IMG/VR virus record: IMGVR_UViG_3300028388_004484 | Span: 414-64,413 of that record | Strand: one strand, 5' to 3' | DNA from: a virus | Taxonomy: Duplodnaviria; Caudoviricetes | Length of the DNA: 64,000 bases | Part shown: in pieces, positions 19,396 through 27,631 of the stretch | Position numbering within the stretch: the stretch's first letter is position 1 | Layout of the letters: each line of letters starts with the position of its first letter | Made by a program: the position numbers and the translations under genes | Notes under the pieces: model-generated | What the model saw: only the letters and a program-made list of their open reading frames with translations | Told to the model about the DNA's origin: nothing | Databases searched by the model: none

Positions 19396-19871
19396 GCTAT
19401 CCGGGGGAAGGGCGAAACCCGAACGGCCCTTCCTTTCCGGAGCGGCTTGAAAAGTCGCATGAAGCCGTTAATGCGACGCTGTTCCTACTTAGCGACCGGG
19501 GACATAGAATTACCCTTCCGCCGACACACCTTCGCCCCAGCCGTTCACAATGGAAGGAATACACGGATAATGGGGACCTTGAAATAAGCTTCCGGATCGA
19601 AGTAAAGCACCGAACGGACCTTTCCTTTTCTTCCGCGGAAACATTTCCGTATGAAACGGTAATTGTCAACGAAGTGCGAAAAGTTGAAAAATATAAGGTG
19701 GCGCCGATATGGTATTTTATCTGGAACTCCGACCTTTCTTTTTATGCCTTTATCGACGCAAAAAAGACGCGCAAGCACTGGACGAAAACGACCCGGTATG
19801 ACCACAAAAGCGAAAAGGAATGCGTATTTTATGAATGTCCCAAAAAATATGTACGGTTTATAAAACGCTAA
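19371..19871 (+). CDS. putative PD-(D/E)XK nuclease
   Basis: D.GDL...IEVK motif. Confidence 0.5.
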   Translation: MDKKAQNISYPGEGRNPNGPSFPERLEKSHEAVNATLFLLSDRGHRITLPPTHLRPSRSQWKEYTDNGDLEISFRIEVKHRTDLSFSSAETFPYETVIVNEVRKVEKYKVAPIWYFIWNSDLSFYAFIDAKKTRKHWTKTTRYDHKSEKECVFYECPKKYVRFIKR

Positions 19872-19926
19872 GAAATCCTGCTGTTTGAATTAAGTTTCTT
19901 AAAGCCCCTGGAAAGCCGTGGGAACC

Positions 19927-20017
19927 GTCGGAAAGGGAAATGGCCCTGGTGGAAGTTTATAAGTCCTGTTGCGATAGCCCCCACCTTCCGCTGCCGGTTC
20001 GAATCCGGCTTCCGTCA
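19927..20017 (+). ncRNA. tRNA-like element with an expanded anticodon loop
   Basis: perfect T-arm GCCGG-TTCGAAT-CCGGC; acceptor GTCGGAA/TTCCGTC (6 of 7); AGGG/CCCT and GGTGG/CCACC stems. Confidence 0.4.
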
Positions 20018-20026
20018 CAAATTAAA

Positions 20027-20290
20027 ATGAAAAATATTAATCAATCAAACCCCAGCGATAACATCAAAGGGGCAAAAATTTTCCGCATGGCTACCTATAA
20101 AATAAAAATGACCCTGCCAACACAGTGGGTTATCACAACAGAAGCTTCATCTGAAGAAGAAGCAATTCAAAAAGCATTGAAAGCGGATCCGCCATCACAA
20201 CTTGCTTATCAAGATGACGATGAATGGCAGCCTGACATCATGGAATGGCCGTTTGTTGCTGGAATGACTATTGATGCATATGAAGATTGA
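20027..20290 (+). CDS. hypothetical protein (start probably 20027 or 20087)
   Basis: ITTEASSEEEAIQKA is a common small phage protein motif. Confidence 0.55.
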   Translation: MKNINQSNPSDNIKGAKIFRMATYKIKMTLPTQWVITTEASSEEEAIQKALKADPPSQLAYQDDDEWQPDIMEWPFVAGMTIDAYED

Positions 20291-20317
20291 TTTAAGCAAT
20301 TTAAAAGAAAAATGATT

Positions 20318-20565
20318 ATGATAACAAAAAAAAAGCAGCAAAATTCTGGGCTGATTATTTTGATGCAGATAAGCAAGAAGGATTGCACTGTCACCACATG
20401 ACAATTGATTGCATGGTGCTTTTTGCACAAGAGCAAGTAAAAAACTGCTCTATACCCGTTGTTGTAGGGCGAAGCGAATTAAAGGCTTTTGCTGAATACC
20501 TTGATGAAATACATGGTGGAGAATTTGCAGTAAATGAAATTGATAACTTTATGAAAAGCCTTTGA
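20318..20565 (+). CDS. hypothetical protein spanning the first cassette junction; frameshifted at an A9 run
   Basis: ATG at 20318 needs a -1 shift at 20326-20334 to join the frame ending ...IPVVVGRSELK...MKSL*. Confidence 0.4.
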
Positions 20566-20629
20566 TTGCCTACAACGGCAAGGCATACCCGCAGGCTGGG
20601 ATTTTAACTTAGATATTTAAAAAGATAGA

Positions 20630-20908
20630 ATGATGCAGCTTAATTTATTCACTGAACTATCCAACGAATCATTAAACCCCAGATTGAGGGTATGTAATGT
20701 TGGCGGTAGTGTTTCTTATCGTCAGCGTTTCGGATTAAATAACCCACCTAAAGGAACAATCCTGAGATTGAAATACATGCCAGGGCTTAAATGGTATCTT
20801 CACTGGGAAGATTGTACCGATGGAGAAGATATAGTTCAAGGGTGGTTCGGCACATCTAAAAAAGCTAAAAACTATGCGCAGGAAAATGGTTGGTTGGTTC
20901 TGTCTTAA
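20630..20908 (+). CDS. hypothetical protein starting inside an attC-like loop and reading into cassette 2
   Basis: the junction GTTGGCGGTAGT encodes VGGS; the stop overlaps the inverse core. Confidence 0.6.
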   Translation: MMQLNLFTELSNESLNPRLRVCNVGGSVSYRQRFGLNNPPKGTILRLKYMPGLKWYLHWEDCTDGEDIVQGWFGTSKKAKNYAQENGWLVLS

Positions 20909-21038
20909 CATTACCGCCAACGGTTTGGCTATGTGCCGTTGTGAGGTACGAGCAATGGACATATAGCCGTTGTTATGTACTGGCACGGTGAATTACTGAT
21001 AAGGTTGATTAAATGAACGAAACTAATAATTTTTAAAA

Positions 21039-21824
21039 ATGAGCGATGGCAAATATGCTTTTGAAAAAAGCAAGATAATACAAGGTGATTGCCTTGAAAA
21101 GATGAAAATGATACCCGATAAAAGTATAGACTTTATTTGTTGTGACCTGCCCTATGGTATGACTGCTCCTAAATGGGATGAAATAATACCTGCTGATAAA
21201 CTTTGGGAACAATATAATAGGATAATATCTGAAAATGGAACGATAGCTTTATTTGCTTCACAGCCTTTTACAACCAAGCTAATAAGTAGTAATGAGAAGG
21301 ATTACAGATATGTATGGTATTGGGTAAAAAACCAAGCGACAAACTTCTTCCACGCTAAACGAATGCCTACGAGGAAAGTTGAGGAAGTTGTAATATTTAA
21401 AAAGGGCAAATACTACCCACAAATAACCGAAGGACACATACCAACAAACAGTGCGAAGGGGTGTAGTAATGGCAAAGCCTATCACGGAACAAACACGAGA
21501 GATTATGAAGGGGGTAAAACTACAAGATACCCAACAAACTTGCTTGAATTTAAGTGTGTAGATAATTACAGTAGAATACACTCCGCACAAAAACCTGTTG
21601 AATTGATTGAGTACCTTGTAAGGACATATACTGATGAGTTTGATTTGGTACTTGATAATACGAGTGGAAGCGGAACACTTGCAGAAGCCTGTATAAATAC
21701 GAACCGAAACTTTATAATTATTGAGAAAAACCCAATTGACTTTGAAAAAGGCAAAGAAAGGGTGGGAAAGATTTTTAAAAATTATGGGCTTGACCTACAA
21801 CCTTTATTAGATGAACGAATGTAG
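21039..21824 (+). CDS. N6-adenine/N4-cytosine DNA methyltransferase (beta class), cassette 3
   Basis: IIQGDCLE, DLPYG, HSAQKPVELIEYL, VLDNTSGSGT. Confidence 0.9.
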   Translation: MSDGKYAFEKSKIIQGDCLEKMKMIPDKSIDFICCDLPYGMTAPKWDEIIPADKLWEQYNRIISENGTIALFASQPFTTKLISSNEKDYRYVWYWVKNQATNFFHAKRMPTRKVEEVVIFKKGKYYPQITEGHIPTNSAKGCSNGKAYHGTNTRDYEGGKTTRYPTNLLEFKCVDNYSRIHSAQKPVELIEYLVRTYTDEFDLVLDNTSGSGTLAEACINTNRNFIIIEKNPIDFEKGKERVGKIFKNYGLDLQPLLDERM

Positions 21825-21907
21825 TGCTTGTACATAACGGCTAAGCGCATATGCCGTGCGTAGCATGGTCATATACGTAGTGTTGGGCGCATTTCAAATA
21901 TTACAAT

Positions 21908-22147
21908 ATGACAACATTCGAAAGACTTGCAAATAAAATAAGACGCGATGTAGGTATAGAAACTTATGACCTAAAACGAACCTATGCAAGATCAGCTAAA
22001 GCATCAGGCGCACCCGTTTGGATTGGGAAAATAAAGGGGTCTAATCTTGAGGTCGTGAGCGGATATACCGCCACCGAGTTACTAAAGTCTCCAAAGCTAA
22101 AAAAGGTTAGCGGGTGGTCTTTCGGTGAAATAGAGATCGAGCCTTAA
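21908..22147 (+). CDS. hypothetical protein, cassette 4
   Basis: single ORF bounded by cassette inverted repeats. Confidence 0.7.
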   Translation: MTTFERLANKIRRDVGIETYDLKRTYARSAKASGAPVWIGKIKGSNLEVVSGYTATELLKSPKLKKVSGWSFGEIEIEP

Positions 22148-22253
22148 TTGCGCCCAACGGTTTGGCTATACGCCTGTACTTGTATGGCGTATAGGTGTTG
22201 TTGTAGGTATGTAAGCCTACGGAATTAAAAACGAAAACTTTAAAATAGATACA

Positions 22254-22439
22254 ATGGACGAATTATTGAAACAACTTGGATTTGAATACATGACTGGGTC
22301 AATTTGGAAGCATGAGAAAATAGGTATTATCTCAATTTCTGAGAATGATAAACCAATTGATTTAGTGCAAAAGATATATGATAGGGGCTATGAAGAGTGT
22401 CAAATAATAATAAGGTCAAGTCTTGGCATTAAAGGTTAG
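22254..22439 (+). CDS. hypothetical protein, cassette 5
   Basis: single ORF bounded by cassette inverted repeats. Confidence 0.7.
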   Translation: MDELLKQLGFEYMTGSIWKHEKIGIISISENDKPIDLVQKIYDRGYEECQIIIRSSLGIKG

Positions 22440-22505
22440 TAGGCTTATTACCTACAACGGTTTGGTTATGCACAGAAATTTTAACGACTTAAAATTCGAA
22501 AAAAA

Positions 22506-22706
22506 ATGGAGAATGTATTTTTTTATGTTTCGTGGGCGATCCTTCCATTAGCCTGGATCATTTTCACCTTGAAGGGTATCCGGACTTACTTCCGGATGAA
22601 CATGAGACCCCTAAATAAGATAATCGGCGCGGTAATTTACATTGCCCTTTTGGTTTCTTTCGCCTTTTTGGGTAACGCTATCTTCGGCGCCCTAAACATA
22701 CTTTGA
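22506..22706 (+). CDS. small two-TM membrane protein
   Basis: two hydrophobic stretches. Confidence 0.6.
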   Translation: MENVFFYVSWAILPLAWIIFTLKGIRTYFRMNMRPLNKIIGAVIYIALLVSFAFLGNAIFGALNIL

Positions 22707-22823
22707 GATTCATCGTAAGTTTGGTTAAGGTCCGGGCCGCCTTCGCGTTTTTTTTTTCACCCGTCAATGGTTTCTAGGTGTTTTTGGGGTAGTTGGCGGC
22801 CCACCTTTTTTAAAAAAAAATCA

Positions 22824-22937
22824 ATGAAGAATTTAAAGAAAGTGCTAGTACTTATCGCCCTTCTAATAGTCGCGTTCCTGGCCGGTGCTGCGATGCTTAG
22901 CGTGTTCCTTGCCGAAGGAATAAGGGACGCTTTTTAA
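22824..22937 (+). CDS. 37 aa single-TM peptide (not in the ORF track)
   Basis: MKNLKKVLVLIALLIVAFLAGAAMLSVFLAEGIRDAF read directly from the sequence; A-rich leader. Confidence 0.5.
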   Translation: MKNLKKVLVLIALLIVAFLAGAAMLSVFLAEGIRDAF

Positions 22938-23094
22938 GGTTTTTTCATATATTTTGCTTTTGGTTTTTTAACGAATGGTAAAGCGCGGCCCGGTTTCCAA
23001 TTTTGCCGGGTCGCTTTCTTATGCGCTTTATCCGTTTTTTCGTATTTTTATAGTGCTTGTTTTGAACCCTTTTTTTTTACTCAAATCTTCAATT

Positions 23095-23421
23095 ATGAAC
23101 TTTTTAGAATTCGCATCCGCCGTGAACGGCGAAGCCCTTTCCGGCGCTGCTATTAACAACTGGCTGCAAATCGAAGTAGACAACTCCGACAAAACAATTC
23201 CGCCGGCGGAACGGCCGCTTAAGTTTGTAAAGGTAGTATTCGGCCTTAATTCGGAAGTCGGCGAAGTACTTACCGACATGACCGCGGCATCTTTCCGGGT
23301 TGAGGACATTAATTTCGAAAGCCGGCAGGTCGACTTCGAACCCATTCAGGCCCCGGTCGTTATCGACCCCGGGACCGGGGGAACGACCGGCACCGGATCT
23401 TCCGCGGGTGAGGGAAACTAA
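23095..23421 (+). CDS. hypothetical protein (start probably 23095)
   Basis: the upstream part of the listed ORF overlaps a terminator-like hairpin. Confidence 0.55.
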   Translation: MNFLEFASAVNGEALSGAAINNWLQIEVDNSDKTIPPAERPLKFVKVVFGLNSEVGEVLTDMTAASFRVEDINFESRQVDFEPIQAPVVIDPGTGGTTGTGSSAGEGN

Positions 23422-23518
23422 TTCCGTCCGACTGGACGTTTCTGCTTAACCTGATAAGCCAGGGGCTTGCGCCTATAAGATAGCCGGCCCGGCCCCTGGC
23501 CCGTTTTAAAAAAATCCC

Positions 23519-23665
23519 ATGAAAGATATACCCACCTGGGCGATGATTGTCCTAGCTTTTCTTTTTTCGGCCTTATCGGCGATTGCCGCCGTTCTTATTT
23601 CCGACTTTAAAAAACTCCTTTCTTATGTCGAAGAATTCTTTACACCTTCCGATAGGGAAGAATAA
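23519..23665 (+). CDS. 48 aa single-TM peptide (not in the ORF track)
   Basis: MKDIPTWAMIVLAFLFSALSAIAAVLISDFKK... read directly. Confidence 0.45.
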   Translation: MKDIPTWAMIVLAFLFSALSAIAAVLISDFKKLLSYVEEFFTPSDREE

Positions 23666-23921
23666 GAAGCGGATCTTTGTAAGCACGGCCCACCTTCGGC
23701 AAAATAGGAAGATGGAAACCCCTTCCCTTCCGCCGATAATCTGCACGACGGAAAGCGGGCGCCATGAAAATGCTTTCGAAATTATCGCCAGGGATTCCGC
23801 CGGGAAGGAAGTTTTCCGGGTCGTGTACCGGCCATTGGATCCGGTAACGACCCATACGGAAGTATGGATCGAAACCACGGTCGACCTGGAACTAAAAAAG
23901 TCTTATCTTTATGACCATTGA
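23625..23921 (+). CDS. hypothetical protein
   Basis: ORF 23583-23921 with likely ATG at 23625. Confidence 0.55.
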   Translation: MSKNSLHLPIGKNKKRIFVSTAHLRQNRKMETPSLPPIICTTESGRHENAFEIIARDSAGKEVFRVVYRPLDPVTTHTEVWIETTVDLELKKSYLYDH

Positions 23922-24129
23922 AATGCTTTATTCGCTACTGTCATCTAAAGGTATGACCGCCGACATAGAAATCCAGCCGTCGAAAGCGCATGAATATATC
24001 CGGGTGTCAATCCGGAAGGACTTCCGCCGTATATCCGTCCGGATAACGGCCGAAGAATTCCGACAGGCGTTCGAAGGGGCGGGTGTTATTCAAAAGAAAA
24101 TCATTGCCGGCATTGCGGCCCTGGAATAG
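23911..24129 (+). CDS. hypothetical protein
   Basis: ORF overlapping the previous stop. Confidence 0.55.
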   Translation: MTIEMLYSLLSSKGMTADIEIQPSKAHEYIRVSIRKDFRRISVRITAEEFRQAFEGAGVIQKKIIAGIAALE

Positions 24130-24145
24130 CCGTGTGCATTTTGTT

Positions 24146-24360
24146 TTCTTACGATTTTCTTACACGCAAAAGTTTAGTTTTTACTAAACTTCTGTCGCTC
24201 AATAATTTTACTTTCCGGTCCTGTAGTTCAAGGGATAGAACGACCTTTACCTTCTTTTGCTTCTTCCTGCCTTTAAAATGCCGTTTTAAATAAGGCCGGA
24301 TCGCTTTTTTGAAGCGGTAGAAAGCAGCAGGGGCTTGTTCGGTTCTTACCTATTTCTTAC
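24146..24360 (+). other. attP: core resembling a tRNA 5' end, flanked by arm-type repeats
   Basis: GGTCCTGTAGTTCAAGGGATAGAACG (24217-24242) looks like a tRNA acceptor plus D arm; TTCTTAC pairs at 24146/24157 and 24343/24354; adjacent to the integrase. Confidence 0.7.
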
Positions 24361-24379
24361 ATTTGAAAAAAAGCAAGAC

Positions 24380-25597
24380 ATGAAAATTAACTTCCGATGG
24401 AACCGGCGGAAGAAAACCGACGGCCGCGGCCGGGCGCCGGTAGAACTCCGAATTTATATTAATGGCCTGGAAAGGTACGTAAATACCGGGATACTTTTAA
24501 AGGCCGGGCAGTGGAACGGGAAAGTGCAGCGGTCGAAAGATCACCCCGAAGCCGCTGCAATAAACCTTCGTTTGTCTGACCTGGAAAATAGGGCCTTCCG
24601 GTTTTATCATTCCCGCCTTTCCGAAGGGCTTCCCCTTTCGGCCGGATCCGTCAAAGATTTTTTAGAAGGGAACATCCAGCGGCCAGAAGAACTTATATCT
24701 TTTATCGAAGATATGATCCGGATGAACCCGAAGGGCCTTTCCGAAGGAACGCTTAAGCAGCGGCGAACGATGGTCGCTTACCTTCGGGACTTCCGGCGCC
24801 AGATCCCTTTTTCGGAAGTCGATGGATATTTTGTTACGGCCTTTGAAGGGTATCTTCGTAAATTTGAAGATAACTACGGGGCAGGCTCGCGAACCCGGGG
24901 CGCAAAAAAACTTTCGGGCAACTACATTTCTTCCCTTCTTTCGATCCTGAAAATTTATACCGGGGAAGCGATGCGGCAAGGCATAATTCGTGCGGATCCC
25001 TTTATCGGAATTAGGATCCAAAAAACTAAAAGCGAACGTACCTACCTGACGATGGAAGAGATTAAAGCCTTTTCCCGGGTAACAATGCCGGGCCGGCGTG
25101 CCCGCTTCGAAGAAAGCATGGATAAATTTTTATTCTGCGCATATACAGGCCTTCGATATTCGGATTTAATTGACCTGAAAGGGAAACATATTAAAACGTC
25201 GATTGGCGGTCTTAGGCTCGTTAAAAAGCCGTTAAAGACAAAACGAGTTGGAACGACGATTAATCTTCCCTTATATTCTCTTTTTTGGGGACGGCCCGAA
25301 GCGATCGTTAAAAAATGGATGGAAGGGAAGCGGCCTAAAGATTCCCTGGCGCCCGGGCTTGACCTTTCAACTTACAATAATCATTTAAATGAGATTGCTC
25401 AAGCTGCCGGGATCCGGAAGCGGGTAACAAGCCATGCGGCCCGGCATACCTTTGCGATGATCCTATTAAACGATTTCCGCTTCCCTGTCGAATACGTCCG
25501 GCGGCTGATGGGGCATTCTGATATTTCGACAACGGAAGTATACGCAAAACTTACCGATCAAAGCTTAGATAGGCTTATCGATTCAGCTTTTGAATAA
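24380..25597 (+). CDS. int: tyrosine integrase (Bacteroidota type, arm-binding N-terminus)
   Basis: GRAPVELRIYING N-terminus; YTGLRYSD, SHAARHTFA, MGHSDISTTEVYA catalytic motifs. Confidence 0.93.
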   Translation: MKINFRWNRRKKTDGRGRAPVELRIYINGLERYVNTGILLKAGQWNGKVQRSKDHPEAAAINLRLSDLENRAFRFYHSRLSEGLPLSAGSVKDFLEGNIQRPEELISFIEDMIRMNPKGLSEGTLKQRRTMVAYLRDFRRQIPFSEVDGYFVTAFEGYLRKFEDNYGAGSRTRGAKKLSGNYISSLLSILKIYTGEAMRQGIIRADPFIGIRIQKTKSERTYLTMEEIKAFSRVTMPGRRARFEESMDKFLFCAYTGLRYSDLIDLKGKHIKTSIGGLRLVKKPLKTKRVGTTINLPLYSLFWGRPEAIVKKWMEGKRPKDSLAPGLDLSTYNNHLNEIAQAAGIRKRVTSHAARHTFAMILLNDFRFPVEYVRRLMGHSDISTTEVYAKLTDQSLDRLIDSAFE

Positions 25598-25682
25598 TCC
25601 GCTTCATTTTTTGAAGCGGATTATTCAACTTTTAGGATTCATTTCGTCTAATATAGTGGATGGAATAAATTGTATCTTTTTT

Positions 25683-25720
25683 GCCCCGGTGGTTTTGCAC
25701 GTCGCCGGGGCTTTTTCTTT
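25683..25720 (+). terminator. intrinsic terminator
   Basis: GCCCCGG/CCGGGGC stem plus T tail. Confidence 0.65.
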
Positions 25721-25805
25721 GCCCTTCCTTACGCTTTTTTTGTTTTGGCGATCTTGGCGTTAATGGCGTGCGCCAAAAAGGCCAAGAACTTTTTTTCATC
25801 TTTTT

Positions 25806-25860
25806 TGTCAAAATATTTAGACAACTGAAAAGAAGGCATTAACTTAGCATCATTGAAAAA
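25806..25860 (+). promoter_or_regulatory. class A early promoter/operator, first of 11 copies
   Basis: palindrome TGTCAAAA-NN-TTTGACA-like plus TAACTTAG -7-like box plus CATCAT. Confidence 0.75.
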
Positions 25861-25877
25861 CAAAAAAGCGACTACGT

Positions 25878-26648
25878 ATGAACCGGATCGAAAAAACAAT
25901 GGGGCGCCTTCGGGCACTCCCCGCTTCCGAAAAAAGGAAGCTTCTTCGCGGCCTTCGGGATTCTTACCTTGAACTTGGCGCCGAAAAAGGCCTTAAGGGT
26001 TTTACCTACGACGGGGAACCGATCGAAGGTTTCCTTCCGCGGCAATATGAGTATATGAAAATTTCGGATGTAACCGGCGCCCGGATCCGGCACTTTCTCT
26101 GTGTCGACGGCCTTACGTTTCATCCGTCGGAGTTGTGGCCGAAGATGTCGAATTCCGAAATAGCTTCCGCGGCCCGGGAAGCCGAAGAACGGGAACGGAA
26201 AGCCGAAGGGTATATTTCAGAATTAAAACGGCGCGGGTGGATCGACGCCGTTCGGGATTGTGTGTATACGGCCCGGGCGCTAGGCTTTGAAATTACACCG
26301 TGGGAATATACCGGCTGGGCAGTCCTTCCGGAATGGCGGTTTATTAACCGGGAAAACGGCGCGAACCGGCTTTTGTCGCAGTACTGCCATGGGATATACC
26401 CGGAAGTTATCCGCTTCGATCATTCCAGGGACTGGCAGATAATTGACCACGCCCCTATTTCCCGCCTTTTCCCCGCCCAGGATCGCTACCTTTATCGCCT
26501 GGAAAATATCAAAACCGGCACCGTTTCTGGTAAAAAAGATTTCTTCCGGCCGGAAGAAGTAAAAGAGTTAAACAAACGAATGGCGGAAATCGAAGCCCCT
26601 TACCGTTATTACCCATATTCGGAATATTCGGAAAAAAATAAAAAATAA
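25878..26648 (+). CDS. hypothetical early protein
   Basis: ORF behind a class A promoter. Confidence 0.65.
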   Translation: MNRIEKTMGRLRALPASEKRKLLRGLRDSYLELGAEKGLKGFTYDGEPIEGFLPRQYEYMKISDVTGARIRHFLCVDGLTFHPSELWPKMSNSEIASAAREAEERERKAEGYISELKRRGWIDAVRDCVYTARALGFEITPWEYTGWAVLPEWRFINRENGANRLLSQYCHGIYPEVIRFDHSRDWQIIDHAPISRLFPAQDRYLYRLENIKTGTVSGKKDFFRPEEVKELNKRMAEIEAPYRYYPYSEYSEKNKK

Positions 26649-26718
26649 ATGTCAAAAAGCTTTGACGGTCCAAGCTAAAGCATTAACTTAGCATCATTGA
26701 AAACAAAAACAAGTTAAA

Positions 26719-26922
26719 ATGAATTACTTTGAAGATCCCTTAAGAATCATTAGAATCAAAATTGGTGAACTTGAAATGGCCCTTCGCTACGAATACGGCT
26801 TCGACCCGGAACCTGTAAAGGAAGAAATCCGGATCCTAAAGGCGGAACTTCGCGAAAAGGAAGCGGCCCTGGAATACGAAGAAGAAATCCGCCGCATGGA
26901 CACGGACTATCCGCTGGACTAA
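26719..26922 (+). CDS. hypothetical early protein
   Basis: class A promoter, leader motif, UUCG terminator. Confidence 0.65.
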   Translation: MNYFEDPLRIIRIKIGELEMALRYEYGFDPEPVKEEIRILKAELREKEAALEYEEEIRRMDTDYPLD

Positions 26923-26983
26923 GGGTTAAATAACGGTTAATATTTGGGGCTTCGGCCCCTTTTTTTTATGCAAAAGCAATGAT

Positions 26984-27172
26984 ATGAACTACGGCGAATG
27001 GCAAATTAAAGTAGATAGCCTTATTTTCAAAAGGCAAAAAAGGCGTCCTGGTGGCTATAAGAAAAGCCGGTGGCGGTCCGGCGGAACCGTCTTTATTTCT
27101 ATGTACAAAGAAGGGTTAAGCCCGGAAAATGCCGCTTTCTTATGGGGATTAAATCACATTAAACGGAAATGA
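26984..27172 (+). CDS. hypothetical protein
   Basis: ORF with AAAAGCAA leader. Confidence 0.5.
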   Translation: MNYGEWQIKVDSLIFKRQKRRPGGYKKSRWRSGGTVFISMYKEGLSPENAAFLWGLNHIKRK

Positions 27173-27231
27173 TGCACGACTTTAATATCCGCTTTATTTG
27201 AAAAGGCGGATATTATTCCTATCTTTGCCCT

Positions 27232-27621
27232 ATGCTTAGGAAAATAAAAAAGTTGGTTGACTGGCGGGCGATTTATCTAGTGTATACGACGGCGAAACGC
27301 GGCCGGGTAAAAATCGGAATTACCGGCTGGCTGTGGCTTCGCTCGGAGCAGATTGACGAAAGTATAAAGGGATCGAAGGAACGGCCGTTTTTCTGGGGCT
27401 ACACTTTGGCATCTGAATTCCTTGAAAAAAAAGTACTTCATTCCCGCTTTCGGAAAAGGCGGAAGCCGTGGAAGGGATCCGGAAGAACCGAATGGTTTGA
27501 TTTAGGGATTTTGGGAACAATAGAAGCCATCTTTTGGATAACCATTTTTAGCTTTTTAAGCTGGGCGATCCTTATTCTTTTTTCCGCCTTCGTTTTTATT
27601 CAATTATTCGAAATATTATAA
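27232..27621 (+). CDS. GIY-YIG/T5orf172-like protein with C-terminal TM helix
   Basis: IYLV...VKIGIT...LEKKVLHSRF...GRTEWF followed by a hydrophobic tail. Confidence 0.7.
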   Translation: MLRKIKKLVDWRAIYLVYTTAKRGRVKIGITGWLWLRSEQIDESIKGSKERPFFWGYTLASEFLEKKVLHSRFRKRRKPWKGSGRTEWFDLGILGTIEAIFWITIFSFLSWAILILFSAFVFIQLFEIL

Positions 27622-27631
27622 AATTAAAATT

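Larger units (their letters stand above)
20461..22475 (+). mobile_element. integron-like gene cassette array (5 cassettes, attC-like sites, no IntI)
   Basis: each unit starts GTTRRR.. and ends with its own reverse complement ..YYYAAC right after the stop codon, then an imperfect hairpin; composition differs from the phage backbone. Confidence 0.75.

Noticed and set aside
19940-20026. N-terminal part of ORF 19940-20290
   Set aside because: It overlaps the tRNA-like structure; better A-rich starts exist at 20027 and 20087.
20461-22475. Recurrent AACGGTTTGGCTAT as a CRISPR array
   Set aside because: The repeats are degenerate and separated by whole genes of variable length; no cas genes. Cassette geometry explains them.
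24380-25597. Integrase as the integron integrase for the cassette array
   Set aside because: It has an arm-binding N-terminus, sits beside a tRNA-derived attP and shows no recognisable IntI insertion. Prophage integration is the simpler role, although activity on cassettes is untested.
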